A DNA stretch of 64,000 nucleotides from positions 3,330,149 to 3,394,148 of the forward strand of contig OZ242205.1 of the NCBI GenBank assembly GCA_965206285.1. The letters are read 5' to 3'. Numbering within the stretch: position 1 is the first letter of the stretch; each line of letters opens with the position of its first letter. The position numbers were made by a program, and so were the translations under genes. The notes beneath the pieces were generated by a model. That model did not search any database. It saw nothing but the letters and a program-made list of their open reading frames with translations, and was not told the DNA's origin. Shown here piece by piece: positions 35,932 through 45,277 of this stretch. The stretch is from Vicinamibacterales bacterium (GTDB lineage Bacteria > Acidobacteriota > Vicinamibacteria > Vicinamibacterales > UBA8438).

Positions 35932-36816
35932 TCAGGCGTCGCCGGCGGCGCGGTCGACCGCCCCAGCGGCGTCGAGAATGCGTTGGGCCGAGGCGATGAC
36001 GGGACGCTCGATGAGCTTGCCGTCGACCAGGAGCACGCCGCCCTCGTTGGCCTGGTAGGCGGCGACGATGCGCCGGGCCCAGGCCACCGCGTCGGGCGGG
36101 GGCGAGAACGCGCCCTGGATGATCGGCACCTGGGTGGGATGGATGGCGGCCTTGCCGGTGAAGCCCAGGCGCCGGGTGGCGCGGGCCTCCTCCTCCAGTT
36201 GCGACGGCGCCCCGACGTCCATGAACGGGGTATCCATCGCGTCGACTTCCGCGAGCGCCGCCGCCGCCACCACCCGGGACCGGGCGTAGAGCAGGGCGTC
36301 CCACTCGATGGCGCAGCCCAGCTCGGCCGACAGGTCGACGGCCCCGAAGAAGAGGACGGCGATGTCGGGCGACGCGACGGCGATGGCGTCGACTGCGCCG
36401 AGCCCGCGCGCGGTCTCGATCTGCACCACCAGGGGCAGGCGGGGAAGGGACGGGGCGAGCCGGCGCTCGAGGGCGCGCAGGGTGTCGGGGCCGCCCACCT
36501 TGGGCACCATCAGGGCGTCGGGCCGGACCCCCGACGCGAGCAGGGCGTCGAGGTCGCGTTCGCCGAGATCGGACTCCGGCTCGTTGATGCGCAGGACGAC
36601 CTCGGCGCGCACCGGGGGGCGGTCCGCGAGCAGGGCCAGCGCCTTGTCGCGCGCCTCGTCCTTCTGCGCGAACGAGACCCCGTCCTCGAGGTCGAGGCAG
36701 ACGGCGTCGGCCCCGGTGGCGACGGCCTTCGCGAAGCGGTCCGGCCGCACCGCGGGCACGAAGAGGACGGAGCGGCGGACCCGCCGCCCCGGGGTCGGAT
36801 CACTGGTGGTCGGCAT
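35932..36816 (-). CDS. HpcH/HpaI aldolase-citrate lyase beta (CitE)-like acyl-CoA lyase
   Basis: ATG at 36816. RRSVLFVPAVRPDRFAKAVATGADAVCLDLEDGV...PDALMVPKV...VQIETARGL...GKAAIHPTQV. Confidence 0.85.
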   Translation of the reverse strand: MPTTSDPTPGRRVRRSVLFVPAVRPDRFAKAVATGADAVCLDLEDGVSFAQKDEARDKALALLADRPPVRAEVVLRINEPESDLGERDLDALLASGVRPDALMVPKVGGPDTLRALERRLAPSLPRLPLVVQIETARGLGAVDAIAVASPDIAVLFFGAVDLSAELGCAIEWDALLYARSRVVAAAALAEVDAMDTPFMDVGAPSQLEEEARATRRLGFTGKAAIHPTQVPIIQGAFSPPPDAVAWARRIVAAYQANEGGVLLVDGKLIERPVIASAQRILDAAGAVDRAAGDA

Positions 36817-37021
36817 GGGTTCGGGCGTTCCTCTCGACGAGCGCGAGCCGGCGCAATCCGGAACCGGCGTCGGGAGAGCACGGGGCCGGCGTCGGGCCGC
36901 CACGGATCCGGCGCCGACCGGCGTTCAGGCCGGCGCGGACTCGCGGACGAGCTCTTGCCAGCGCGGAAACCGCAGGCCGCGTCGCGATGTCCATCCGCCT
37001 GCGTACGCGACTCCGGCGCGG

Positions 37022-38398
37022 TCAGGCCGGCACGGACTCGCGGACGAGCTCGGGCAACGCGGAGACCGCCGGCTGCCGCTCGAGGTCGCGCAGCCACGCC
37101 AGCGCCGCGCCCGCGGCCGGCGGGGTTACCGCGCGCGCCGCGCACGCCAGGAACTTCGCATCGAGCTCCTCGGGCAAGGGCGGGCGGCTCGGGTAGCCCC
37201 GCGCGCCGCGGACCCGCCGCGCGAAGCGGCGTCCATCCTTGAGCCGCACCGCCACCGCCGCTTCCGTCAACGGCGGCTGATCGACGCCGACCGCGGGGTC
37301 GACGTCCATCGTCACCCGGGGGAGCATCTCGCGCGTGACGGGGTCGGACAGGCCCGCCGACTCGAACGTCGGGAGGTCGACGCGGCCGTGGGCGACGGCC
37401 GAGGCGGCGCAGAAGTGCATGCTGAACTTGCCCTCGAGACCGGTCCGCGGCCGGTCGTGGATGAGCACCGTGGGGGTGACCGCGTCCACGCCGATCTCCA
37501 CCGCCTCGACGTCGTCGGCCGTGAACCGGTGCTCGGCCCGGAGGTCGAGCAGGGTGTCGATGGTGGGGTGGGTGGCGGCGCACGACGGATAGAGCTTCAC
37601 GGTGATGCCGCCGTCGACGATCTCCCAGTCGCGCCCGAGGGCGTCCGCGGCATCCCCGAGGGCGCGGGCGCGTCCCTGCATGGCGACGAGAAGGCCCTGC
37701 GCGCCGTCGACCGCGCGGTCGGGGGCGGTGAACCCGGCGCGGGCGAGCATCGCCGCGAGCACCCCGTTCCGCCCCGCCAGCCCCGCCTGGAGCGGCTTGA
37801 CCATGGTGCCGAAGCTCTCCTTGAGCCCGGACGCCTCGGAGGCGGCGATGGCGAGGGAGCGAACGGTGGTGGCGGCGTCCTGCCCGAGCAGCCGGGCCGC
37901 GGCGGCGGCCGCGCCGAGGGTGCCCAGCGTCGAGGTGGCGTGCCACCCCTGCTCGTAGTGGGTGGGGTTCATCACGCGCCCCAGCACCGCCTCGATCTCG
38001 AAGCCGACACAGTAGGCGTCGAGCAGGGCGGCCCCGCCGGCGTCGGCGAGCTCGGCCGCGGCCAGCCCCGCCGCCACCAGGGGCGCGCTGGGATGCGCCA
38101 TCGACACGAAGCACATGTCGTCGAAGTCCAGCGCGTGCGCGGCCGTCCCGTTGGCCAGGGCCGCCCACCCGGCGCCGGTGCGCGCGGACGCGCCGAGGAT
38201 GCCGCACCGGGGGGCGCCGCCCTCCTCCTCGGCGAGGCTGCGCACCATCCGGGCCGCGGGCTCGACGGACCCCGCCAAGGCGACTCCAACCGTGTCCAGG
38301 ATCGCGTCGCGGGCGCCGCGGCGCGCCGCCCGCGGCACCGTGCTGTTGGCCACGAACTCGCCGAACCGGGTCAACGCCGGCAGGGTCTCGTCAGTCAT
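37022..38398 (-). CDS. MmgE/PrpD-family protein (2-methylcitrate-dehydratase-like)
   Basis: MTDETLPALTRFGEFVANS...DTVGVALAG...GTAAHALDFDD...GWHATSTLGTLGAAAAAARLL... An alternative upstream ATG lies at 38527. Confidence 0.85.
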   Translation of the reverse strand: MTDETLPALTRFGEFVANSTVPRAARRGARDAILDTVGVALAGSVEPAARMVRSLAEEEGGAPRCGILGASARTGAGWAALANGTAAHALDFDDMCFVSMAHPSAPLVAAGLAAAELADAGGAALLDAYCVGFEIEAVLGRVMNPTHYEQGWHATSTLGTLGAAAAAARLLGQDAATTVRSLAIAASEASGLKESFGTMVKPLQAGLAGRNGVLAAMLARAGFTAPDRAVDGAQGLLVAMQGRARALGDAADALGRDWEIVDGGITVKLYPSCAATHPTIDTLLDLRAEHRFTADDVEAVEIGVDAVTPTVLIHDRPRTGLEGKFSMHFCAASAVAHGRVDLPTFESAGLSDPVTREMLPRVTMDVDPAVGVDQPPLTEAAVAVRLKDGRRFARRVRGARGYPSRPPLPEELDAKFLACAARAVTPPAAGAALAWLRDLERQPAVSALPELVRESVPA

Positions 38399-38569
38399 GC
38401 CATCTCCCGTTGGTCGGCGGCGCCGACGCTGCTCCAGCTCCTCGCGCGTGAACGGAGCACCCGCCTCTTGACCGGGCCCCACTGCCCGAACAGAACCATC
38501 GCCGGCGCGGGTTGGGTTGCTGGCCATCTCTCACCCTCCCCACGACACGCGGCCCGCCGCCGCGATCCG

Positions 38570-39973
38570 TCAGTTCCCGTAGAACTGGGCGATGCCCGCC
38601 AGCCGGTCCTGAATCCTCGCCTCGGACCACCAGTTGCCGTTCACCATGACCCCCCCACGCCGGGCGGCGTTGGCGATGTCGTCGACGGGGTTGGCGGTCA
38701 GCAGCAGCAGATCGGCGCGCCGGCCGATCTCGATCGTCCCGAAGTCGTCGGCCGCGCCGAAGTGCTCGGCGACGCGCCGGGTTCCGGCTTCCAGCACCTC
38801 GTAGGGGGTCATGCCGACCTCGACCCACAACGCCATCTCGTGGTGCACCGAGAACCCCGGCACGCTGAATATCTGCGGAGAATCGGTCCCCAGCAGGACA
38901 GGAACGCCGCCCTCGTGCAGGGCCTGCAGAATACGCCGGCGCAGCGCCGCGACCCGCCGATTCGTCTCCGGATCGCCGGCCGCGGCCCGCTCGTCCACCG
39001 CCCGCTCCCATTGCTCGACCGTCTCCGGCGGCATGTAGCGCGCCTCGGGACGGGCCGCCCGCAGCTCGGCGGCGGATCGGTCGCCGAAGAAGACCGTCTC
39101 CCAGAGCACCATCGTCGGCACCACCGACGCCCCGGCCGCGCGGGTGGCGTCGACGAGCTCCGGAAGCAGAGCCATGTCGACCTGGTCGAGCAGGGCGCCG
39201 ACCCCGAAGAGCCCGTCCGCCGCCGCCGGAGAGTCCTCGGCCGGCACGAGCGCCTCGACGTAGTTGTCGAGATGATCGATCGAGACCTGCCCCGACCCGA
39301 GGGCGTGCCGCAGCCCGACCGCATCCGGCACGTGGCCCCCGAACGGCAGGCCGGCCTCGCGGGCGGTCGCCGCCACCGCGTCGAATACGTCGGGCGCCAG
39401 CCCCTCGTGCATCTTCACGAGGTCGTAGCCGGCCTCGTTGAACTCCCTCACGAGCTGCGCGCCCTGCGCCGGCGTGGCGACGCGCCCGCCGGTCATCGAC
39501 GGACTGCCGACGAACAGCCGCGGGCCGAGGGACTGGCCGCGGGCGATGCGGGCGCGCAGCCCGAGCTGCGACCGCTCACCCTGCATGCCCCGAACCGTGG
39601 TCACGCCGTTGGCAATGTAGAGAAAGAGCAGGTTCCGGGCGTCGGACTGCACCGTGCGGGGACCCGGCAGATGCCCGTGCATCTCGGCCAGCCCGGGCAT
39701 CAGGTACATCCCCTCGGCCTCGACCACCTCGGTGCCGTCGGCGACCTCCACCTCGTCCGCGGGGTGCATCGAGGCGATCCGCCGGTCGGTCACCACCACC
39801 GTCCGGTTCTCGATGACCCGGGGAACCCCCGGCTCGGTCATCGGCAGGACGTTCACCCCGACGAACGCCAGGTCTCCCTGCACCTGGGGCAGCGGATCGC
39901 CGCACCCGGCAACGACGCCGAGGCCGGCGAGGACCCACCCGGCAACGCCAACCCGCATCCTGCGCGATTTCAT
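38570..39973 (-). CDS. Amidohydrolase-family metallo-hydrolase with lipoprotein-type signal peptide
   Basis: ATG at 39973: MKSRRMRVGVAGWVLAGLGVVAGCGD... LMPGLAEMHGHL metal motif, ...GTDSP..., ...ADLLLLTANP. The long ORF 38570-40819 upstream of this ATG is read-through. Confidence 0.85.
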   Translation of the reverse strand: MKSRRMRVGVAGWVLAGLGVVAGCGDPLPQVQGDLAFVGVNVLPMTEPGVPRVIENRTVVVTDRRIASMHPADEVEVADGTEVVEAEGMYLMPGLAEMHGHLPGPRTVQSDARNLLFLYIANGVTTVRGMQGERSQLGLRARIARGQSLGPRLFVGSPSMTGGRVATPAQGAQLVREFNEAGYDLVKMHEGLAPDVFDAVAATAREAGLPFGGHVPDAVGLRHALGSGQVSIDHLDNYVEALVPAEDSPAAADGLFGVGALLDQVDMALLPELVDATRAAGASVVPTMVLWETVFFGDRSAAELRAARPEARYMPPETVEQWERAVDERAAAGDPETNRRVAALRRRILQALHEGGVPVLLGTDSPQIFSVPGFSVHHEMALWVEVGMTPYEVLEAGTRRVAEHFGAADDFGTIEIGRRADLLLLTANPVDDIANAARRGGVMVNGNWWSEARIQDRLAGIAQFYGN

Positions 39974-39999
39974 GCGGCGGTCCTGTCCCGGAAATCCGC

Positions 40000-40503
40000 T
40001 CACGCGGCGGGCGCGGCCGGCCGGAACCGCTGCGGCACATGCCCGCGCTTGTAGACCATGAACGTCCGCTTGAACGCGATCACGATCTTGCCGTCCTGGT
40101 TGAAGCCGGTCGACTTCACGGTCACGATGCCGACGTTGGGACGCGACTTCGACTCCCGCTTCGCGAGCACCTCGCTGTGCGAGTAGATGGTGTCGCCGTC
40201 GAAGACCGGGTTCGGCAGACGCACCTCGTCCCACCCCAGGTTCGCCATGACGTTCTGCGACAGGTCGATGACGGACTGCCCGGTCACGACCGCGAGGGTG
40301 AACGTGGAGTCGACCAGGGTCCGGCCGTACGGGGTGTTCGCGGCATAGGCGTGGTCGAAGTGAATGGGGTTGGTGTTCATGGACAGCAGCGTCGCCCACG
40401 TGTTGTCGGCGGCGAGCACCGTCCGCCCCAGGGGGTGCTCGTAGATGTCGCCGACCTCGAAGTCCTCGTAGACGCGGCCGGTCCATCCTTCCTTCACTGG
40501 CAT
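40000..40503 (-). CDS. MaoC-like (R)-specific enoyl-CoA hydratase/dehydratase (hot-dog fold)
   Basis: MPVKEGWTGRVYEDFEVGDIYEHPLGRTVLAADNTWATLLSMNTNPIHFDHAYA... Confidence 0.9.
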   Translation of the reverse strand: MPVKEGWTGRVYEDFEVGDIYEHPLGRTVLAADNTWATLLSMNTNPIHFDHAYAANTPYGRTLVDSTFTLAVVTGQSVIDLSQNVMANLGWDEVRLPNPVFDGDTIYSHSEVLAKRESKSRPNVGIVTVKSTGFNQDGKIVIAFKRTFMVYKRGHVPQRFRPAAPAA

Positions 40504-40748
40504 TGGTGACTCCCTTCAGGCTCCATGATAGTCCGTGGTCGCCGCCGCCGTTCCGACAAGAAAAGCGCACTGCTCCGGCGATGACATCCGGGCGGCGGTC
40601 GGAAGTGGTGGCCGTCTCCGCCGTTCCGACAAGAAGCGCGCCCCGGCGGGAACGTGCAGACCGCGAGCCCGCCAAATCGTCGCCTGCCGGCTCCGCTTGG
40701 CGCCCAACCAACCCTCCAGGCCTCCGCGCCGTTCTCCGGCGCAGACTC
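40504..40748. repeat. Repeat-rich 245-bp spacer inside the operon
   Basis: Direct repeats CCGCCGTTCCGACAAGAA(AA)GCGC at ~40543 and ~40617. CCAACCAACCCTCCAGG unit at ~40702. Solo CGGCGCAGACTCCTA (MITE-type end) at ~40727-40745. Confidence 0.6.
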
Positions 40749-41924
40749 CTACACCATCCCGGCTGCCCGCCATCCCGCAACGGTGGCGCGGTCGAACCCC
40801 AGTTCGCCGAGAATCGCATCGGTGTGCGCCCCGAGCTCGGGAATCGGCCCCATGACCGGCTCGACGTCCCCGATGGTCGCCGGCGGCAGCGTCGCCGGCA
40901 GCGGTCCGACGGACGTCTCCACGCTGCGCCAGCGGCCGCGCGCCGCCAACTGCGGATGCTCGGCGAACTGCTGCACCGTCCGCATCCGCGCGTTCGCGAT
41001 CCGCGCCGTCTCGAGGCGCTCCACGATCTCGGGGGTGTCGAGCTCCCCGAAGACCGCCTCGATCTCCACGTCGAGCTCCGGGCGATTCGCCAGCCGCAAC
41101 GCGTTGGCCGCGAATCGCGGGTCGCCGGCCAGCTCCGGCCGCCGCAGCACCTGCTCGCAGAACGCGCGCCACTCGCGTTCGTTCTGGATGCCGAGATACA
41201 CCACGTCTCCGTCCCCGCCCGCGAACGGCCCGTAGGGGGCGATGACCGCGTGCCGGGCGCCCGAGCGGCGGGGCGCGGTCCCGCTCGAGGCGTAGTACAG
41301 CGGATAACCCATCCACTCGCCCAGCGCCTCGAGCATCGAGACCTCGACCACCGTGCCCGCGCCGGTCCGCGCCCGCATGAGGAGCGCGGTCAGGATGCCC
41401 GAGTAGGCGTACATGCCGGCCGCGATGTCCGCGACGGAGATGCCCACCTTGACCGGCTCGTCCGGGGTGCCGGTGATCGACAGCACCCCGGCCTCGGCCT
41501 GGACGAGCAGATCGTAGGCCTTGCGGTCGCGATAGGGGCCGGTCGAGCCGTACCCGGAAATCTCGCACACGACGAGCCGCGGGTGCGCGGCCCGCAGCTC
41601 GGCCGCCGACAGCCCCAGGCGCCCGGTGGCGCCGGGGGCGAGGTTCTCGACGAAGACGTCGGCCTCGCCGAGCAGCCGCCGCAACACCGCCCCGGCCTCG
41701 GGGTGCTTGACGTCGAGGGTCAGCGACTCCTTCGACCGGTTCAGCCAGACGAAGTGCGACGAGAGCCCGCCCGCCGCGGCGTCGTAGCTTCTCGCGAAGT
41801 CCCCGACCCCGGGGCGTTCGATCTTGATGACCCGAGCCCCGAGATCGGCCAACTGACGGGTGGCGAACGGCGCCGCCACCGCCTGTTCGAGCGACAGGAC
41901 CGTGACCCCGTCGAGCGGTCGCAT
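40749..41924 (-). CDS. Family III (CaiB/BaiF) CoA-transferase
   Basis: MRPLDGVTVLSLEQAVAAPFATRQLADLGARVIKIERP...FVWLNRSKESLTLD...DLLVQAEAG. The ATG overlaps the upstream stop (ATGA). Confidence 0.9.
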   Translation of the reverse strand: MRPLDGVTVLSLEQAVAAPFATRQLADLGARVIKIERPGVGDFARSYDAAAGGLSSHFVWLNRSKESLTLDVKHPEAGAVLRRLLGEADVFVENLAPGATGRLGLSAAELRAAHPRLVVCEISGYGSTGPYRDRKAYDLLVQAEAGVLSITGTPDEPVKVGISVADIAAGMYAYSGILTALLMRARTGAGTVVEVSMLEALGEWMGYPLYYASSGTAPRRSGARHAVIAPYGPFAGGDGDVVYLGIQNEREWRAFCEQVLRRPELAGDPRFAANALRLANRPELDVEIEAVFGELDTPEIVERLETARIANARMRTVQQFAEHPQLAARGRWRSVETSVGPLPATLPPATIGDVEPVMGPIPELGAHTDAILGELGFDRATVAGWRAAGMV

Positions 41925-43216
41925 CAGAAGGACCGCGGCAGATCCAGCACGTGCTGCCCGATGTACGACAGGATCAGGTTGGTCGAGATCGGCGCCGTCT
42001 GGTAGAGCCGCGTCTCGCGGAACTTTCGTTCGATGTCGTACTCCTGGGCGAACCCGAAACCGCCGTAGGTCTGCATGGTGACGTTCGCCGCCTCCCACGA
42101 GGCGTCGGCCGCGAGCAGCTTGGCCATGTTCGCCTCGGCCCCGCACGGCCGGCCGGCGTCGAACAGCTCGGCCGCCCGCACGCGCATCAGATCGGCCGCC
42201 TCGACGTTGACGTGGGCGCGGGCGATCGGGAACTGTATGCCCTGGTTCTGGCCGATGGGGCGGCCGAACACCACGCGGTCGCACGCGTAGCGGCAGGCCC
42301 GCTCGACGAACCAGCGCCCGTCGCCGACGCATTCGGCGGCAATCAGGATCCGCTCGGCGTTGAGCCCGTCGAGCAGATAGCGGAACCCCTTGCCCTCTTC
42401 GCCCACCCGGTTCTCGACCGGCACCTCCAGGTTGTCGAAGAAGACCTCGGTCGTCGCGTGGTTGATCATGGCGCGGATCGGACGCACGGTCATGCCGTGG
42501 CCGAGCGCCGACTTCAGGTCCACCAGCAGCACCGAGAGCCCCTCGGTGCGCTTCTTCACCTCTTCGAGGGGGGTGGTGCGGGCCACCAGCAGCATCAGGT
42601 CGGAGTAATCCACCCGCGAGATCCACACCTTCTGCCCGTTCACCACGTAGCGGTCGCCGTGGCGGACGGCCATCGTCTTCATCTGCGTGGTGTCGGTGCC
42701 GGTCGTCGGCTCGGTCACCCCGAACGCCTGCAGCCGCAGCTCGCCGCTGGCGATCTTGGGGAGATAGTGGCGGCGCTGCGCCTCGGACCCGTGCCGGAGC
42801 AGCGTGCCCATGATGTACATCTGGGCATGGCAGGCGGCAGAGTTGCCCCCCGACCGGTTGACCTCCTCGAGGATGATCGACGCCTCGGCGATGCCGAGCC
42901 CCGACCCGCCCAGCTCCTCCGGGATCAGGGCGGCGAGATAGCCGGCCTCGGTCAGGGTCCGGACGAACTCCTCGGGGTACGCCTCGCGGGCGTCGAGCTC
43001 GCGCCAGTAGGTGTCGGGAAACCGCGCGCAGAGCTCGCGCACCGCGGTTCGGAGATCGGCATGCAGCTCGGCGTTCGCCACGGCGGCTCTATCCTCCTGG
43101 CTGGCAGCCCGCGGCAAAGGCCCCGCTGCGTTCAGCCAGCGATGCATCCTGCCTGAGCTGCGTTGTGCCGCGGAGCTGCGTTGCTCCGCGGTCGCATCAA
43201 TATGCTCCCTCGTCAC
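41924..43216 (-). CDS. Acyl-CoA dehydrogenase
   Basis: GVTEPTTGTDTTQMKTMAV...GQKVWISR...IAAECVGDGRW...QNQGIQFPIARA...YGGFGFAQEYDIERKFRETRLYQTAPISTN. The true start is probably internal (e.g. near 43090). Confidence 0.85.
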   Translation of the reverse strand: MTREHIDATAEQRSSAAQRSSGRMHRWLNAAGPLPRAASQEDRAAVANAELHADLRTAVRELCARFPDTYWRELDAREAYPEEFVRTLTEAGYLAALIPEELGGSGLGIAEASIILEEVNRSGGNSAACHAQMYIMGTLLRHGSEAQRRHYLPKIASGELRLQAFGVTEPTTGTDTTQMKTMAVRHGDRYVVNGQKVWISRVDYSDLMLLVARTTPLEEVKKRTEGLSVLLVDLKSALGHGMTVRPIRAMINHATTEVFFDNLEVPVENRVGEEGKGFRYLLDGLNAERILIAAECVGDGRWFVERACRYACDRVVFGRPIGQNQGIQFPIARAHVNVEAADLMRVRAAELFDAGRPCGAEANMAKLLAADASWEAANVTMQTYGGFGFAQEYDIERKFRETRLYQTAPISTNLILSYIGQHVLDLPRSF

Positions 43217-43508
43217 GCCACCCGTCCGGGCGCCTTGCCTTGCGGCCTTCCGGCGCCCTCGGCGGTCCCGGTGCGACGCGGGGGCAGGGAGTCTGGCGGC
43301 GGAAACCGGTCCCCCAACTCATCGGGGGGATCCCGACTCGGACCGGCGCCGCGTACCGTCGGACCGGCGTCCTGGCCATGAGATCGGCACCCGGTGGGAG
43401 CCACCGGGCACTCGGAGCCCGAAAACGGGACCCCGCGGGGCCCTCGCACGGGCTCCCGAACGGCGGATGATAGCACGGCGGCCGGATCGCCCCCGTATAA
43501 TCGATGAC

Positions 43509-44666
43509 ATGCCGGTAACCACCGGGTCGGCGCATCTGGGTGCACGGGCGGCGGGACGGCGCATCGGCCTCGTCGCGAATCCCGCCTCGCTCGACGGCCA
43601 ACGCCGCCATGTCGTCGAGATCGCGGCGTCGGCGCCCGAGATCCGGCTGACCGCCCTCTTCGGCCCGCAGCACGGGTTCCGCTCGGACGTGCAGGACAAC
43701 ATGATCGAGACGGACCACGCGCGGCATCCGCGGCTCGAGGTGCCGGTGTACTCCCTGTACGGCGAGACCCGCACCCCTACGGCGGCCATGCTGTCCGACG
43801 TCGACCTGCTCGTCATCGACCTGCAGGACGTCGGCACCCGCGTCTACACCTACGTCCACACGGTGACCAACTGCCTGCAGGCCTGCGCGGCCGGCGGGAT
43901 CCCGGTGGTCGTCTGCGACCGGCCCAACCCCATCGGCGGCGACGCCGTCGAAGGCCCGATGCTGCGGCCCGGCTACGAGTCGTTCGTGGGACAGTTTCCG
44001 ATACCCCTGCGCCACGGCCTGACCATCGGCGAGCTCGCCCGCCTGTGCAACGAGCGCTTCGATCTGGGGGCCGCGGTCGAGGTGCTGCCCCTCGCGGGCT
44101 GGCGCCGGAACCAGTACCACGACGAGACGGGGCTGCCGTGGGTGCTGCCGTCGCCCAACCTGCCGACGCTGGAGAGCGCCATCGTCTATCCCGGCATGGT
44201 GCTGCTCGAAGGCACCAACCTGTCCGAGGGCCGCGGCACGACCCGGCCGTTCGAGATCGCGGGCGCGCCCTGGCTCGATGCGCACCGGTTGGCCGCGGCC
44301 ATGAACGACCTCGCCCTGCCGGGAATCTGGTTCCGCCCGGCCGAGTTCCAGCCCACGTTTCAGAAGCACGCGGGGCAGAGCTGCGGCGGCTGCCAGCTCC
44401 ACGTCACCGACCGCTCCGCGTTCCGGCCGGTCCTGACCGCGGTGGCCTTCCTGCAGGTCTGCCGCCGGCTCGCCCCGGACCGGTTCGCCTGGCGCGAGCC
44501 GCCGTACGAGTACGAGACGGTCATTCCGCCCATAGACATCCTGTCCGGTTCGGACGCGCTGCGGCGATCCCTGGACGACGACGTGCCCTATACCGCGATC
44601 GCCGAGGAATGGACGGCGGACCTCGACGCGTTTCGACGGGTGCGCGAGCACTATCTCTCGTACTGA
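43509..44666 (+). CDS. DUF1343-family protein (NamZ/YbbC-like exo-muramidase family)
   Basis: ATG at 43509. RIGLVANPASLD...LFGPQHGF...VPVYSLYGETRTP...LVIDLQDVGTRVYTY...DRPNPIGG...LPSPNLPT. Confidence 0.85.
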   Translation: MPVTTGSAHLGARAAGRRIGLVANPASLDGQRRHVVEIAASAPEIRLTALFGPQHGFRSDVQDNMIETDHARHPRLEVPVYSLYGETRTPTAAMLSDVDLLVIDLQDVGTRVYTYVHTVTNCLQACAAGGIPVVVCDRPNPIGGDAVEGPMLRPGYESFVGQFPIPLRHGLTIGELARLCNERFDLGAAVEVLPLAGWRRNQYHDETGLPWVLPSPNLPTLESAIVYPGMVLLEGTNLSEGRGTTRPFEIAGAPWLDAHRLAAAMNDLALPGIWFRPAEFQPTFQKHAGQSCGGCQLHVTDRSAFRPVLTAVAFLQVCRRLAPDRFAWREPPYEYETVIPPIDILSGSDALRRSLDDDVPYTAIAEEWTADLDAFRRVREHYLSY

Positions 44667-44727
44667 CATGCCTGCCGATCTGTCGATCGCCGGCCGGGCG
44701 TGGGGTACCTTCTGACCCGGCTCCATC

Positions 44728-45250
44728 ATGCCCCCCCCGCCGCTGGCTTTCGAGCACAGGATCGTCATCACCGCGCGTCCCGACGCAATCCTGTCGGCGT
44801 TCTTCGACCCGACGGCGCTGCCGGTGTGGTGGGATACCGTCCGTTCGGTGACCACGCCCCGCCCCCTCGGGGTGTACGCCGTCGAATGGCGCGCCACCCC
44901 GTTCCGCGACGAGCTGCTCGGCACCCTGGGAGGCGTGTTCTATGGCACGGTGATGGACTTTCGTCCGGGGCGGGCGTTCTCGCTCGCCGACGCCTACTGG
45001 CTGCCGCCGGACTCCCTCGCCTTCGGTCCGATGGCCCTCGACGTGCGCTGCAAGGTGGTGGGACCGGCCACCCGCCTGCAGGTCCGGCAGAGCGGCTCGT
45101 ACGACGGACCGCGGTGGGAACGCTACTATCGGATCATCACCACCGGCTGGGAGACCTCGCTCCTCGCCCTCAAGGCCTATCTGGAGCAGCGGCAGCCGGC
45201 GCGGGCGGCGCCGCCGGCGCCGGAACAGCCGCCAACCGGCCGGCTCCGCG
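44728..45250 (+). CDS. SRPBCC (START/AHSA1-like) superfamily protein; 3' end undefined
   Basis: FEHRIVITARPDAILSAFFDPTALPVWW...GTVMDFRPGRAF...LQVRQSGSYDGPRWERYYRIITTGWETSLLALKAYLE. There is no in-frame stop until 46059. Confidence 0.6.
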
Positions 45251-45277
45251 CAGCGCCGGCCTCTCGGGGAGACGACG

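Noticed and set aside
36308-40054. 1248-aa plus-strand ORF spanning four minus-strand genes
   Set aside because: It lies antisense to clearly recognisable CitE, PrpD, amidohydrolase and MaoC coding sequences, with low-complexity Arg/Gly/Pro composition.
43197-44924. 575-aa minus-strand ORF
   Set aside because: It lies antisense to the DUF1343 gene, which has many family-specific motifs on the plus strand.
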